From assembly GCF_001194135.2 (NCBI RefSeq), contig NC_068988.1:77327748-77391747 (forward strand): DNA of 64,000 bases, given 5' to 3'. The notes beneath the pieces were generated by a model. That model ran no database searches. It was not told where the DNA came from and was given only the letters and a program-made list of their open reading frames with translations. Shown here piece after piece: positions 25,229 through 39,079 of the stretch (the stretch's first letter is position 1; every line of letters begins with the position of its first letter). Both the position numbers and the translations under genes were made by a program. The DNA comes from Octopus bimaculoides (taxonomy: Eukaryota).

Positions 25229-28200
25229 AGTTATGTGGTAGTGGGTGGCGATTTTCTTCACTACTTCAGAGACTGACGACCCTGCCTGACATGAGTCCTG
25301 GGCTCAACTGGCTCCGGCTGACAGTACCCAGTATGGGCCCCTATCCAAGATTACGGAAAGGAGACAACCTTCAAAGAAGAAATCTGGAGTGGAGCCCCGA
25401 AGGTGGTTTAGTGTTCAACTCAACACTCTTCCGGCAGCTCCTGCAAGCAAGCTGGTGCCAAACATAATGCTCTGCACTCCATTGGACTACATCAGCAAGG
25501 TCGAGAGAGGAATCCTGACAGTTGGGCTTCCCAGGATTTTCTTATATTTAGCCCAGGCTGGCGCAAAACTGGAGAGGACACTTCAGTGCTGCTGTAAAAA
25601 GTGGCAGAAAAAACACGGGAAGTATCAGTCACAAGTGATAAGTTCATTCTGACTAGGAGTAGGATGTGGGTGCTACAGGTTACTTCTGATGGTGGGAGGG
25701 ACCCTCGTGTCCTATTGGTTAGCTACTGCACACCTCAAGCTGGGAAGCCCCCGGTTAATAAGGTGCTGACCCGCCACAGGCTGCCTGCTTCATTGGGCGC
25801 TTGGAGCTAAGAGTTTGACTTGAAAAACGGTCTGAAACCTCTGCACTAAGCATAGATGATCAAAAGACAAGAAACTGCCAGTCCTGTAGTTAGCAAGCTG
25901 GAATGTCTCGACCATGTGCCTTGGTATATCTGATGACCTACTCAGGGTTGAAGAAAAAAGAAAGATGGCTATCACTGACTGCGAACTAAAGAAGCTCAAC
26001 ATAGACATTGCTGGACTGCAAGAGACAAGACTCCCTTCAAACGGCAAACTCAAAGAACAAGATTTCACCTTCTTCTAGCAGGGAAGAGATCCAGAGGAAC
26101 ATCATCAGCATGGTGTTGGCTTTGCAGTGAGAAACTCATCACTCTCTTCAATAGAACCACCATCAGGAGGTGCTGGGCGTATCCTCTCTCTGCGCTTCTT
26201 GAGCTCTTCTGGCTCAGTACATTTACTGATCATCTATGCTCCCACTCTCTACAGCTCAGAGGAAACCAAGGACCAGTTCTACAAAGATCTCAACTGTGTC
26301 ATTAGAAACATACCAACCAACGAAAACATCTACCTTCTAGGAGATTTTAACGCTTGTGTGGGATCTGACCATGATTCGTAGCCCATTTGTGTTGGACATT
26401 TTGGTATTGGCAATATGAATGACAATTGTCAGAGATTGCTTGAATTTTGTACATACCATAACCTGTGCATCACCAACACATTCTTTGCCAACAAGCCATC
26501 CCGCAGGGCATCTTGGAGACATCCAAGATCTCACCACTGGCATCAGTTGGATCTCATCATCACACGAAGATCCTTTCTGAATTCTGTCCAACTGACCTGT
26601 AGTTACCACAGCATGGATTGTGACACAGATCATTCACTAATAAGCAGCAGGGTGAGGATTCTGCCTAAAAATGTCCATCACTCCAAGAAAATGGGCCGAC
26701 CACACATTAACACTGCCAGAACCTCAGACCCTACACTGCAGAAATGTTTTGCTGTTTGTATCAAGTTTGCCCTCAGTAGCTGCCCATCCTCCTCTGCTGA
26801 AAGTAGGTGGAATTATATTAGGGAAGCTTCATATACCACATCAATAGATACTTTCGGCATGAGTGAAAGGCAAAACCCAGATTGGTTCAGTGCTGTGCTC
26901 TCAGAGCTGGAACCAGTTATCGAAGCAAAGCGCACTACTCTGATGCAATGCAAGAGTGATTCTTCTACAAAGTCACACCAAGAACTCAGAAAGGCAAGAA
27001 ATAATACCCAACTGACTGCCAGACGCTGTGCAAATAGGTATTGGCAGGAAGTTTGTCAGAGTATCCAGTCAGCTGCTGACAGTGGCGACATCCGTGCGAT
27101 GTATGCCGGTTTGAAGAAGGCCCTCGGTCCATCCTCAACCAAGCCAGCCCCTCTGAAATCAACTACTGGAGATCTCATCAAGGACCAAAGCAAGCAAATT
27201 GATAGATGGGTGGAGTACTACCAGGATCTCTACTCACGGGAGACCACAGTCGCTGAGGCTGCAATCAAGGGTGTCAAGATCTTGCCGGCCATGTGAGCTT
27301 GACAATCTGCCGTCTATAGCAGAGCTCACCAAGGCTATTGACTCCCTAGCCAGTGGCAAGTGTCCGGGAAAAGACAGCATCCCCTCAAAGATCATCAAGG
27401 CCAGCAAAAGCACCGCTCTGCTTCGATACCTTCATGAGCTTCTGTGTCAGTGTTGCGAAGAGGGTACAGTCCCTTAGGATATGCAGGATGCTAACATCAT
27501 TACGCTTTACAAAAACAAAGGTGACCATGGTGATTGTAACAATTACCGTGGAATATCTCTTCTCAGCACTGTTGGAAAGACCTTTGCTCCCTTTATCCTG
27601 TCCAGGTTACAACTGCTTGCTTCTCGAATTTATCCAGAATCGCAGTGTGGCTTTAGAAGAAGCAGATCAACTATTGACATGATATTTTCCATACACCAAC
27701 TTCAGGAGAAGTCCAGAGAGCAGAAAATGCCATTATATATGGCCTTCATTGATCTGACAAAGGCCTTTTACTTGATAAGTAGAAAAGGCCTCTTCATCCT
27801 GCTTCAAAAATCGGATGTCCACCAAAGCTGCTAAGGATCATCAAATCTTTCCATGATGATATGCAAGGCACCATACAGCACAATGGTTCAACATTAACCA
27901 CCTTCCAAATAAAAAACGGGGTAAAACAAGGTTATGCCCTTGCTCCTATATTATTTGGCATCTTCTTCTTGCTGCTGCTGTCACATGCCTTCGAGACATC
28001 AGATACACAGTAGACGTGACAGAAACTGTTCAATCTCTCGTGTCTGCTTGCCAAGACCAAAATCAGAAGCGTCCTGATCAAGGAGATGCTCTTTGCTGAT
28101 GATGTCGCTCTGGTATCACACATAGAAGAGGCCCTGCAAAGGCTTACCAACTGCTTTGAGCAAGCATGTAGCGACTTTGGCTTAGTTATCAGCCTCAAGA

Positions 28201-29089
28201 AGACCAACATCATGGGTCAGGTTCATCGGATATCCCAAACATACATTTTGGAGACCACAGACTACAGGAGGGGGAGAGGTTTACCTATCTTGGCTCTACC
28301 ATCACCTTCAACCTATCCCTTGATGTTGAGCTCAATGTATGCATTGGCAAGGCAGCTGCTGTGATGGCCCAACTCTCCAAACAGGCATGGGACAACAATA
28401 AGCTGACCAAGACCACAAAAATGAAGATTTACCAGGCATGTGTACTTAGCACTCTACTGTATAGCAGTGAAACCTGGACGCCATACACACGCCAAGATCA
28501 TCGCCTAAATATCTTTCACCTGCACTGCCTCCGGAAAATCCTTGGCATCAAATGGTAGAATCGTGTCCCTAACAAAAATGTCCTCAAACAAGCAGGAATA
28601 CCAAGCATGTTTACACTCCTCACACAAAGACGTATGAGATGGCTTGGACATGTTAGTTGTATGGAAGATGGCAGAATCCTTAAGGACATACTCTACGGAG
28701 AGCTTGTTAGAGGCACTAGGTCTGTGGGAAGACTGTTCTTACAAAACAAGGATGTTTGCAAAAGGGACATGAAGGCCTGCAACATCAATATTAGCAACTG
28801 GAAAGTGGTTGCCAGCAACTGTGGTGATTGGTCACGCACCATAGAAGAGGGAACACAAAGGAGTGACAGAGGGAGAGAGGAGAAATGGAAAGACAAGAAA
28901 AGACGTCAACAAGAAGCCATGACATCACAACCAGCCAGGCAAAGTCTTCGCTACATTTGCGGCACCTGTCAGGGTAGGACTACACAGCCACAGCAGGAGA
29001 TGTAAAGGACATGAAATGTAAAAAGCAGATTAGATTATTTTATGCGCAACTCCATTGTCTCCCGAGACAAAAAGGATGCCAACAACAAC
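25229..29089 (+). mobile_element. Full-length RTE (BovB/AviRTE-like) LINE, APE endonuclease plus RT, disrupted by stops and frameshifts
   Basis: LASWNVSTM, GLQETRLP, IYAPTL, LLGDFNACVG, YRGISLLS, MAFIDLTKAF, MLFADDVAL; tail ggatgcc(aac)n; TSD ATGTTGGGCAG at 25218-25228 and 29090-29100. Confidence 0.92.
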
Positions 29090-30169
29090 ATGTTGGGCAG
29101 CACATAATTGCTCCTTTTAAAATGTTTTGTGAATCATTAGGACAGAATCATCCTTGTATGATTTATATAACATTAGGAATCAAGAAGTATATAACTTTCA
29201 TATTTACAATCAAATTTATAAATTGCATTAGTCATTAGTAGCTTATTCATTTTGAATCCACTTTTCAATTTAAGGATTTCTTTGATTTTTAAAAAAATAG
29301 GATGAATCTATATTGAATTCATTTGTTTTGTGTATTTTGTTCATTGCATACCTAAGATCGTTATTGGAAACTACCAATGAAACAGATCCATGTTTTTAAT
29401 TTATATTAGTTTTGATTGCATCGTCATTTCTCTCCCATTTTTAACAAAACTGTCCGATGAACGGGAACGTGAAACTCTGAGTAACAGCTTTTGTTATATT
29501 TCTGCTGCTTTTAAATAAAGTATATATATATACACACACACACATATATATATATATACATATGCATGTATACATAAGAATATATATATATATATATATA
29601 TATATCATCATCCACACACACTTAGAGTATATCAAATTCAGTTGCATAACAGTTTCCTGTTGAAAAACGTTCCAAATATGGAAAGTTAAAACAAAAACAT
29701 TAGATAAGGTGTCATAATGAAAGAATATAGCTTGAGCTCTTTATTACTGGAAACTTGAAACAACCACGCAGGTCTCGGAGTTGTAAAGCAAAAAGAAAAT
29801 GAAACTCATGAATGAAAAAAGTCAAAAACAAAAAGCTTCAGAGTTATATCTCTTTGAGTAGTCCCCTTCTAACTATTATCCGGCTTTGTATTTATGATTG
29901 TGGAATGAAGATAGGATAAAGGTGAGGAAGAGACGGAGAGGGAGGACAGAGTAAAAGACAGAGATAGAGAGAAAGGTTGGTAAGGGTACTTTTTAGAGAA
30001 TGTATGGTCATAAATATGTATAGGTGTTTGTAAGAGCTTGGTCTTAAGAAAAGATTTTATGTATGGTGAGAGGGATACTAATGTGGGAAGAACCATCTCT
30101 AACACTTAAGGGAGAACCAACTAGTTAGCTAAGAAATATTTCTGATAGTGAGATAAAACAGAAAAAAAA

Positions 30170-30420
30170 AATTTGCTTTTAGAGTTCAGGTAGGCTCTTG
30201 GGTGAGGGATGAATTCAATATAATCCTTTTCTCTGCTAAACAAAAGCTGCACCTCCAGCTGCTGTTGGGGAAAGATCTGTACTTCTCTGTTAATCTCCAG
30301 TTGATGCTATGTTATGCAGTGTTTTCTTTCAATAACCATATGTGTCTCACCAGTGTTGTAACATTAACATCTCTCCTGGATTTTAAATATGGACTTGTAA
30401 CTGTTTAATCATATTATTCA
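30170..30420 (-). pseudogene. Degraded Penelope-type GIY-YIG endonuclease C-terminal fragment
   Basis: TTLVRHIWLLKENTA*HSINWRLTEKYRSFPNSSWRCSFCLAEKRII aligns by eye with TKLSSHIWSLKDKGVSYNIHWEILAKCKPFINGSGKCGLCDMERWFI of the 52704 ORF. Confidence 0.7.
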
Positions 30421-30630
30421 TGCAGGCGAAATGACTGGTCCAGTGAGTTTAGTTCTTTTGAAGCAGAGTATGTAGTGATGAGAGTTTCATTCATGACAGC
30501 TCTTCTGTGTCTACAAATTTTGTCCTGCCATTTAATGAGGAGCAGTTTCTGAAGACCTGTAATGGGAGTGGCATTCAACTGTCTAGCATATCTGTTGTTG
30601 ACGGTCCATGCTTTGTAGGCATAAAGGAAA
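30421..30630 (-). mobile_element. RTE/BovB-like 3' coding fragment
   Basis: LYAYKAWTV...LLLIKWQDK-like translation. Confidence 0.55.
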
Positions 30631-31254
30631 AATGAAAGAAAATTAGAATAATTGTATCTTATATGCAGTTATGTTTATTATGCTATGAACTATACTGGAG
30701 AAGGTATATGTATAAATGATTGCTTTTTAATTGGAAGAATTACGGGAAAATAAAGAGGATATAATAGTTGAAGCTTTACTTGTTTTAGTGCTTTTGAAGA
30801 TTTTAAGGTTGCATTTAACCAAAATTTATTGACGTATAAAAATAAGAGTTAAACTTTCTAAAACTAACAATTAATTTGTAAAAGCATGTAAAGATTTACG
30901 AGACATAGAAATGAATAAGCATAGAATAAAAGTATGAAATGAAATGAACTTATTCTAAAACTAGCAAACCTAAATGATCCAAGGTAGGGGAATTGAAAAA
31001 GTGGAAAATAAAATTGAATTCATATTAAAATCAAGTATGGTTTGATTGAAGAAATATACAAGTGCAACACCAGACATTAACTACATGGAAAATGAATTTA
31101 TCTGAAGTTAATATTGTTGGGAGCTGAAAATAGTAATATATTATACATGGGAGATTATATATAAGTTTATACGTGATGCAAGTGTAACTGTAAGCTTATG
31201 AAGTTTGCTTCCCAACTTCATGGTTTTGAGTTCAGTTTGTTGTGTGCTATCTTA

Positions 31255-31345
31255 GGTATGAGGTAGTATCAAAAAGTTCTCAAACTAGTTCTGTAGCACA
31301 CCAACAGATGGTAGCACATTGTTGTGTGCATAGTGAGAGCTAGAA
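31255..31345 (+). mobile_element. Mariner-like 5' terminus remnant
   Basis: gaggtagtatcaaaaagttc resembles mariner TIR starts. Confidence 0.3.
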
Positions 31346-32209
31346 ACTCCATCTGATCCATGCTTGCATGGGAAAGTGGATGTTAAAATGATGATGATAA
31401 AACTAGAAACTTGAGATGTCTGCTTATATTTTTGTTTAGTAACTATTATTAGATATTAAGGATAAGGAATTAAATGTAAACATTTGGAGAAATTTTATGA
31501 ATTGATGTGAATTTTGGTAGGAAGGACTTGGTGATATGTCAAATTAGATATGTTAAGTGGGAAACCATGAAAATTAAGTCTAAGAAAGATAATAAGAAAT
31601 GCTAATGTAATCAATGAAAAATCAGATATAGTAAAATAGAATGAGTTAAATAAAGCTAGTAATAATCAATAACTAGAGTAGGAGATTGTGAGGAAGATAT
31701 TTCAGTATTGTTATGGTTATATAAGTTAATAATAATTAGGGTGTTGATGATAAAAAGGTGTGAATATGAATTATGTTGTTCTTGTTTAGTCTGATGTAAA
31801 CCTGACTGATCAATACGTTCCAACCACGAATATCCACTCCTTGTTTTTCTAGATATCTCAAAGCAAAATATACAATTTGTGCCTCTTTTATAAAAATGTG
31901 AATAGTGGTGTTATTTTGAGGAAGATTTGGCTGCTATTTCTTGCAAGTTGGTTTTGGATGACCACACAGAAACACCTTTATTAGAAATGTGCATGTGTAA
32001 TGGATACCTATTCAAAACATTTGAACAGTATTATTGTGAACAGTATACTTGTATGTATACTTTCAAAATATTACCAGTTGTATATCAGTGAATAACAGTA
32101 TTCTGTGACTAGAATAGAGATGCAACAAGACTTTGTGGTGTCTTACTTATGTGACTGTTGCCTTGAGACATACATTCTAGTAGATTCTAAAGCCTGGATG
32201 TTCTAGAAA

Positions 32210-35200
32210 GTTGGGAGAGGAAAAGAGGTTCACCTACCTTCCTCTTGTTGACCGCCTGTCTAGTAGTATCACTCCAATGATCCTGCCCTATCCCTGTCAT
32301 CCAGTATAAGCAGCACAAGCCCTGCCTGATCTCAAAGATCACCTCCTCACTTCACTCCATGTCAAAATCTACCACTCACTCAGGCAGGCACCTTGCACAT
32401 TGTGATCTTCTTAAGCTGGGAACTTCATTCTCTTCCTCTTCTCCACAATCATCATCCTACGAAGCAACAATCCTATGAACATCTAAAATGTGGTGCAGTA
32501 TTCCACCCACAGAAATGTTTTTGGAATTGACAGCTGTCACTATTCCTCTGTTCCACTGAGTTGTGTAGCATGCCTTCGATGGCTTGAGCCAGACTTCATC
32601 TCCCACCTCCATGAAGACAGGCCCTCTCTCTTCCTCAGGGTATCCCGATGGTTTGCTCAGATGACACTATTCATATCTGAATATTGCTCTATGTGGCACA
32701 GACTCTTTGACCTGTCCTGATCAGGGCGACATGTACCAGAATACTGCTTCCAGCAGTGAGATGTGTCCCCTCTCCTCCATGGCCTTGATCATTCAATGAT
32801 GTCTATCCATGGTCACATTTCCACTTGGCCTGTATGCCATCCTGAAAAAGCGGTGCACTTTCCTTCTGTCAAGCATCTCCCTCAGCACCTCTGAACGAAA
32901 TGCTGTCTATCAGTAACTCATCCACAGGGCCCCACTCTAAGAATACCTCATTTAGAATATGTGCCATCTCATCCGCAGTGCTTGCCCTCAATTCCCTCCA
33001 AATGGTCATCCAGCCCAGCCCACAGTCGCCCACCAAGAGATATGTCCCCTGCCGGTAGTGTATTACATCCACTGTCTGTCATCTCCAGTTGTGCTCTACC
33101 AAAATGTTTCCCTGTTCATGCGCTCCTGGAGCAGGGTCAATGGATTGACGCCTATCGCAGTTCTCGGCCACCTTTTGGATGCTCCTTTTAGTAATGTCAA
33201 CATCAATACTCCTGGTGAGATACAGGGTCCTATCCATGCCCATATGATGCATGTCATGCAGTCTCCTTAGTTTGGAGTCATTTAACTGACACACCATGGC
33301 TATCACTTGCTTTGATTCTTCCAGCTCCCCTAACCAGGCCTTTTTCACCCTGGTTGGAATGATTGCTTTGTTTCTCTCTGAAGGTACAAAGACAACATTC
33401 AGCTTCAGGCTGAACTCACCAATCAGCTCTGCTAGGACCCCTAGGTGGCACTTCACTAACATTTCCGCAACGCCTTTGGTTCATACCCGCTTCTCATCGG
33501 TGATCATTATCCTACTCAGCCAAGCATGGTGACTGAATCCGTCCAGATATTGATGAAGTACAGCCCCCACTTCAAGGCCAAATTCAGTCCCTTCAGCATC
33601 CAACTCAGTGACATTGATGTGGTTGCAGTTGTCTGCTTTTCAAAGCCAGGCTGCATCCTCCTCTTCGGTACCTCCGATTTCCAACACAACTCCTATCGCA
33701 ATGCTGCTAGTATCACACCATACGGTCCTCTTATCCAATTTGGGCACATGCCAGTTCCCTCTGACTAGGTCTTCTGCTCAAATCCTCTCTAGGATTTCCC
33801 GCATCATCAACACCATCTCCTCTCCCACCTTATTACTCCAGTTCTCCCCTTCTGCTTGTCTCTTGGTGTAACTGCATACAGTATGCAGCCACCCTACAAT
33901 TAGGTAGTGACCTACTAATTTCTCACACATTGAGAACAGTTCTGTCCTGCTGACATTAGTACCAAGCTCCGGGATCTCATTCCTCCTCCAAAACACCAAC
34001 ACGCCTGTTCTGTCTCTTTAAAGCTTAATCCCCAGTGCAGCTCCTCCAGCCATTGGCTCCAGTGGCATTACAATCAGCCTGAATTTCTTCAGATGTGTCA
34101 CAACCTCCGTGGCAGGCACTACAGTCTTGTCCACTAAGATGCCATCTATATAGGAATTGGTGGCTCTTCTTATCCTATCCACCTTTCCCAGGATTGATCT
34201 GAGCACTGTGACCATGCTCTTCGGTGCAGAATTCAGCCCAAACTCCAGGCTTATCAGACAATATGTCCGGCCCTTGTATCGCGCTAGCTGATACTGCCAC
34301 AGTTTGTCGCTCATATGGAGCTGCAGATAAGCCGACTTCAAGTCGACAATCACCGCTGTCTTAGTTGACTGTCTCCATATGCTCAGCATCTCACCGCAGA
34401 TGTCAGTTGCCTCACCACCTGTGTGCCATTCATCTCCCAAAAATCCAGTACTGGTCTGACTTTGCTCTTTGTTGGCTGCACCACTGCCATTAGAAGTAGC
34501 ACTCTGCTCACCACCTCCTCCTTCCATGGGATAAGGACACCTTCCTTAATCCACCTCTCTACCTCTTCTTCAAACTTGCTCCTGGCATGTCCTTTCAAGG
34601 TATGCTGGTAGCAGCTCACAATGTTCTTCAACATCGGGGGTTTCTCTTTCCAGTGCCACTCTATCATCCACCACTGACCATCAAATGCCACCCAAAAATC
34701 CTTATCTTCAATAGTGTAGTCAGTGCAGCCCCTTGCGGTGCTCTGCTCCCTCTCACATTCTTGACTCATGGTGCATGGCAATCCCACAGCTCCAAACCAA
34801 ACGACATCTCCCCCAGCACTGACATCTCCAAGGTGGTCGATCACGTCCATCTCCATTACCACATCAATCCTGTCTACCACATGATCACCTGCAGCCCAAG
34901 CGTTGTGCCTCACATTGCTATCTCCACTTCGCTGCTACCCTTGCATTCAATTTCGCTGCCGTCAATCACATGAACACTACTCATCCACTTTCATTTCTTT
35001 GTCAACCTCAGGGTCACAGAGACTTCATGCAGCATGTGTCCATAAGGGCCTTGAATGTGTTTCCCCCGACCATGACCTCAATTATGGACAGTAACTGCAC
35101 AAGCGCCTCTACTCATTTGCAGGGGAAGTTTAAGAGGCAGAAACTTCTCCACAGCCTTTTCCCTGGCTGCAATTTCAGGTGATATGCTCATTCTGCTTGC

Positions 35201-36065
35201 ACCGGTTGCAAACTGGTCTGGGCTCCATGCAGTTCCTCGTCATGTGCAGTCCCTGGTACTTAAAACACTGGCCTGTGAATGGCCACCGTCGTTCCACAGT
35301 AGGTTTCTTTACGTCTTTCACTGGCCATTGTGCAGCATCACAGGCTTCTGCAACTGCCATCCCACTGCCTTCCACCTGGTGTTTTGTGTCAACATATGGA
35401 CTTGAACGATGAGCTTGCTCATTGCCATTTTGTTGGCACCTGGCAATTGTTGTAGCCACACTGACATACCATCGGGAAAGCCATTCACAAAAGCCAGTCA
35501 TGCTACCTTCTCTAGACCCTCTCTGGTGAGACTGGAAAGCACAGCCAGCTTCTATACCTCCACAGCATATTTGTTAACCTGTTCCCCTGTCCATCTGACC
35601 ATTCCCAGCTTAGTAAAAGCAGTGTACTCTCCCTCTGTGTAAGCCTCTCTCAAGTGCTGCTTGATCTTTGCTGTGCTCAGTTGTCCTTCATCCATTTCGA
35701 GGTACAATGCCAGCACGCTCCCCTCCAAATACAGCACCATGAGGCTTGCTACATCTTCGATGCCTTGTAGCCTGGTCACAACTTAGACCTTTTGAATCCA
35801 AGCTACTACGTCTCCTTCACCATAGAAAAGTCTGATGAATTCACTGCTGATCCTTATCTTCACTGCCAACATATGTTAGAAGGCAACAATGTCTGTATAT
35901 GATTTCCAAAATAGCTTGTCATGCATGGGAAAATAAAAGAGATTCACCTACTTTCCTCTCATCGACTGTCTGTCTAGTTGTAATCTCTCCGACGATCCTG
36001 CCCTACCCCTGTAACCCAGTATAAGTAGCTGCTGTCTGACCAACCTGGGAGCGAATTCCCTTACA
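32210..36065 (-). mobile_element. Compact Ty3/Gypsy LTR retrotransposon (gag-PR-RT-RNaseH-IN), degraded, with diverged short LTRs
   Basis: Gag knuckles CFKYQGLHMTRNC and CNRCKQNEH; ALMDTCC; VRPVLDF, DLKSAYLQL, FGLNSAPK, YIDGIL; EWGPVDELLID; 32226-32313 resembles 35940-36030; 5' LTR starts TGTAAGGG at 36065. Confidence 0.88.
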
Positions 36066-36390
36066 TCCATTAATGATGCCTCTGGTGGGAAAAAAAGAGG
36101 CCAATGCTCGCCTCCCTCTCCCCCACTTCCCCTCTTGCACTTCCTCTTATGGTCAGCCCCTTGACCATTGACGTCATGACCCTCTTCTTCTGGCTCATCC
36201 CCACAAAAGTACAAGGATTCACGATGCATAATGCTATCATGTAAAGGGTCATTAATGTCACCACTTTGTTGTCCATGAGATCTGTGATGTTTATGTAGCT
36301 GAAGATTAACTTGTCAAGGTTCTCTAAAAGGGGTACATGGATATACATACACACACACACAGACACACACGTTATACAAACATACATACA

Positions 36391-37375
36391 TAGACCACCT
36401 TTACATAAAACAAAAACAAGGTGGCAGAGGCTTAACATCGATCCAAAATGCCTTTGAATGTCGTATCATATCCCTTCGACAACATCTTTTAACCACCAAG
36501 TGTCAAAGTGCATCCCTTGACCAAGTCTGTATACATGAGGCTGATAACATCATAAAACTTGGAAGGCAGCTCCTTGAGCAACATTCCTTGTCTGATAAGC
36601 TAGAATACATGCCCAAAGAAGTCACACACCTCTACTGCAATATATCACCAGATGAAAGGATGAGCCAATATGAGCAGAAGACTATGCATGGTTATATTTG
36701 TAGAAAGCTCCGAGATGAGAGTAACATTGATCATCAAAGCAGTTTATCATGGACCAATAATCGGATTACTACTTCCCACTTTGAAGGATATGTGACCAAT
36801 AGCCAGATTACCACCTCCCACATTGAAGGATATACCTGATGCACAAAAGGAAAAGAGATGCAGGAAACACAGTAAAATGTGACAACCAATGCAGACTTTG
36901 TAGAGTTAACACTGAAGCTATCACCCACGTCATAAGCAGTAGTCTAAAAATGTCATCAAATGAAATCTGCAGTTACTTTATCTAGATTACAAGTTCAAGT
37001 TTATACCTGTAATTATTGGGGCCCTGGGATATGTAACACACTGCCTAAATACTAATCTTGAGAAATTAGGTTTTTCAAAATCAGAAAGGAGAAAGCTAAT
37101 TCAAAGACTAAAGATCCAATCCATCACTGGAACTGTAAAAATCTGTAAAACTTTCCAGAAGTTTATCATTCAAATATATATGAGCATGTCTAGATATGCA
37201 AGTATATGCATGAGAAGACAGACATAAAATAAAACATACAAATATACACATATACATAGAAACAAAAATATGCTGTTGTTGATATCGAAATTCCCTTGAA
37301 GGAGTCTTGGATCTAGGTTAGAAACCAGCTCTTTCTCAATTGGCAAGAAGTCTTGAAATAAAACTGAACAATGAC
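36391..37375 (+). mobile_element. 5'-truncated R4/Dong-like (RLE-type) non-LTR retrotransposon with internal deletion
   Basis: GGRGL, KTMHGY, SHFEGY, CRLCRVNTEAITHVISS knuckle, FIPVIIGALGYV...GTVKICKTF; (CATA)n on both sides. Confidence 0.75.
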
Positions 37376-37478
37376 ATACATACATATATACATACGTACG
37401 TACGTACGTACGTACGTACGTACGTACGTACATACATACATACATACATACATACATACATACATACATACATACATA
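37376..37478. repeat. (CATA)n microsatellite with an embedded (TACG)9 block at 37393-37428
   Basis: Directly visible. Confidence 0.95.
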
Positions 37479-39027
37479 CTGTCAGTCATATATTTGTGAA
37501 ATTCCTAAAACAGCATAGTACATTGTTGTAAACTTCTGAAATATTATTACTCTAAATTGTAAAATTGGTGAAATAATGGAGCAGAATGTAAAATTCTTGA
37601 AAGCAAGTAACACACAATGAAACAAATCATCCTTAATTCTACAGAATAAATTTACTGGTTTCTAAAAATGAATGAAGAATTCAGTGAAATAATGTTTTAA
37701 ATAAATAAACAACCACAAGGAAAATTATATCAGTTGTTTCAAACCCAGAATAACAGAACTTTCTTAAATTCTGTCTACAAAGATTGGTGTTTTTACATGC
37801 CATTTATATTCTCTCACCTTGCATTTTGTAATTAAAGTATGCATAGGCATGTTTTTGTGGTTAAGAAGATCATGTTAAAACCCTGTAGTTTAGGGTTCAC
37901 TTATACTGTGTGGATACTGTTGGTTAGCGACATCTATTACAGTCACAGGTTGATTAGTACCTTGTGAGTAAAATTGATAGATGGCAACTGGAAGAAGCCC
38001 ATCATGTGTGTGTGTGTGTGTGTGTGTGTATTCCCCTTGTTTTGACATGGTCTACTGTGGTTGTTAATAAACCTTCACCTTTCATAAAAGTGATGTCATT
38101 TGTTTGATAAACTAAAAATATCATCTTCTTTGGAAACAGGCAAAAGCTAATGATGGGAATAGCATCCAGCCATAAAATATTCTGCCTCAAGTAAGTCTCA
38201 TCAAACCTGTTACAAAGATCAGAATCAGAACCTTGTTAGCTTAGTAATGAGAAGCAGGCCACAGCATATCTAATGACTTGTCCTGAATTCTAACCAGTCA
38301 TATTTCAGCAGTGATCATTTGATTGTTTGTGGTTTAGTGGAATTTTTTGTTGCTCTCCCACCAAAACATGGCTATACATATAAAAGTGCAAGAGAAAGAA
38401 ACAGTGCTAAGGTTCAAGAAGGTCCCAAGGAAGATTGATGAACATGAGATTCTTGGTCACTGCTGGTGACACCTTGTGTTTTAAAAGATTCCTTTGTCTA
38501 CAATGCACTTCTCTAAGCCTGTACTATGAACACAGTATCCTCACCTCTCATCACACAAATATATAGCTAACCAGTTCTTTACTAGACACAACATATATAC
38601 ATCACTCACTTCAGGTATTTAGTTATATAACCACTGACAGGTAACTTTGGTAATCAATGTATTGTTCATGTGTAAATAAATGGTATTATCAAAAATCTGA
38701 AATACAGCTGGTTATATATGGGTAAAACACACAGCCTAAACCAGCCAGATTTGCTCTAAAATAACCCAAAATATTCATAGCCTAGTTAGACAATTAACCT
38801 AGTTAACCCATATAAGCATGGAAAATGATGATAACAATGTTAGGGCTGTAAATTGTGATGTTGATGGTTGTAAAAATAAATGATTAATGACTGAGCTAAA
38901 CATCATGTAGAGGTTGATTGTTCCTTTCTATATTATTTGGAGTTTAGACCAAATATATGTAGAGATACATGATATAGGGAGTGGAGATGCTGAAGTAATT
39001 GAACAATGGATAAAATATATTCTCTCT

Positions 39028-39079
<52 letters not shown>

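Noticed and set aside
38936-39000. Exon candidate DQIYVEIHDIGSGDAE (also 5547-5607, 8603-8647 and about 60822)
   Set aside because: Only weak splice signals; expected by chance in 64 kb
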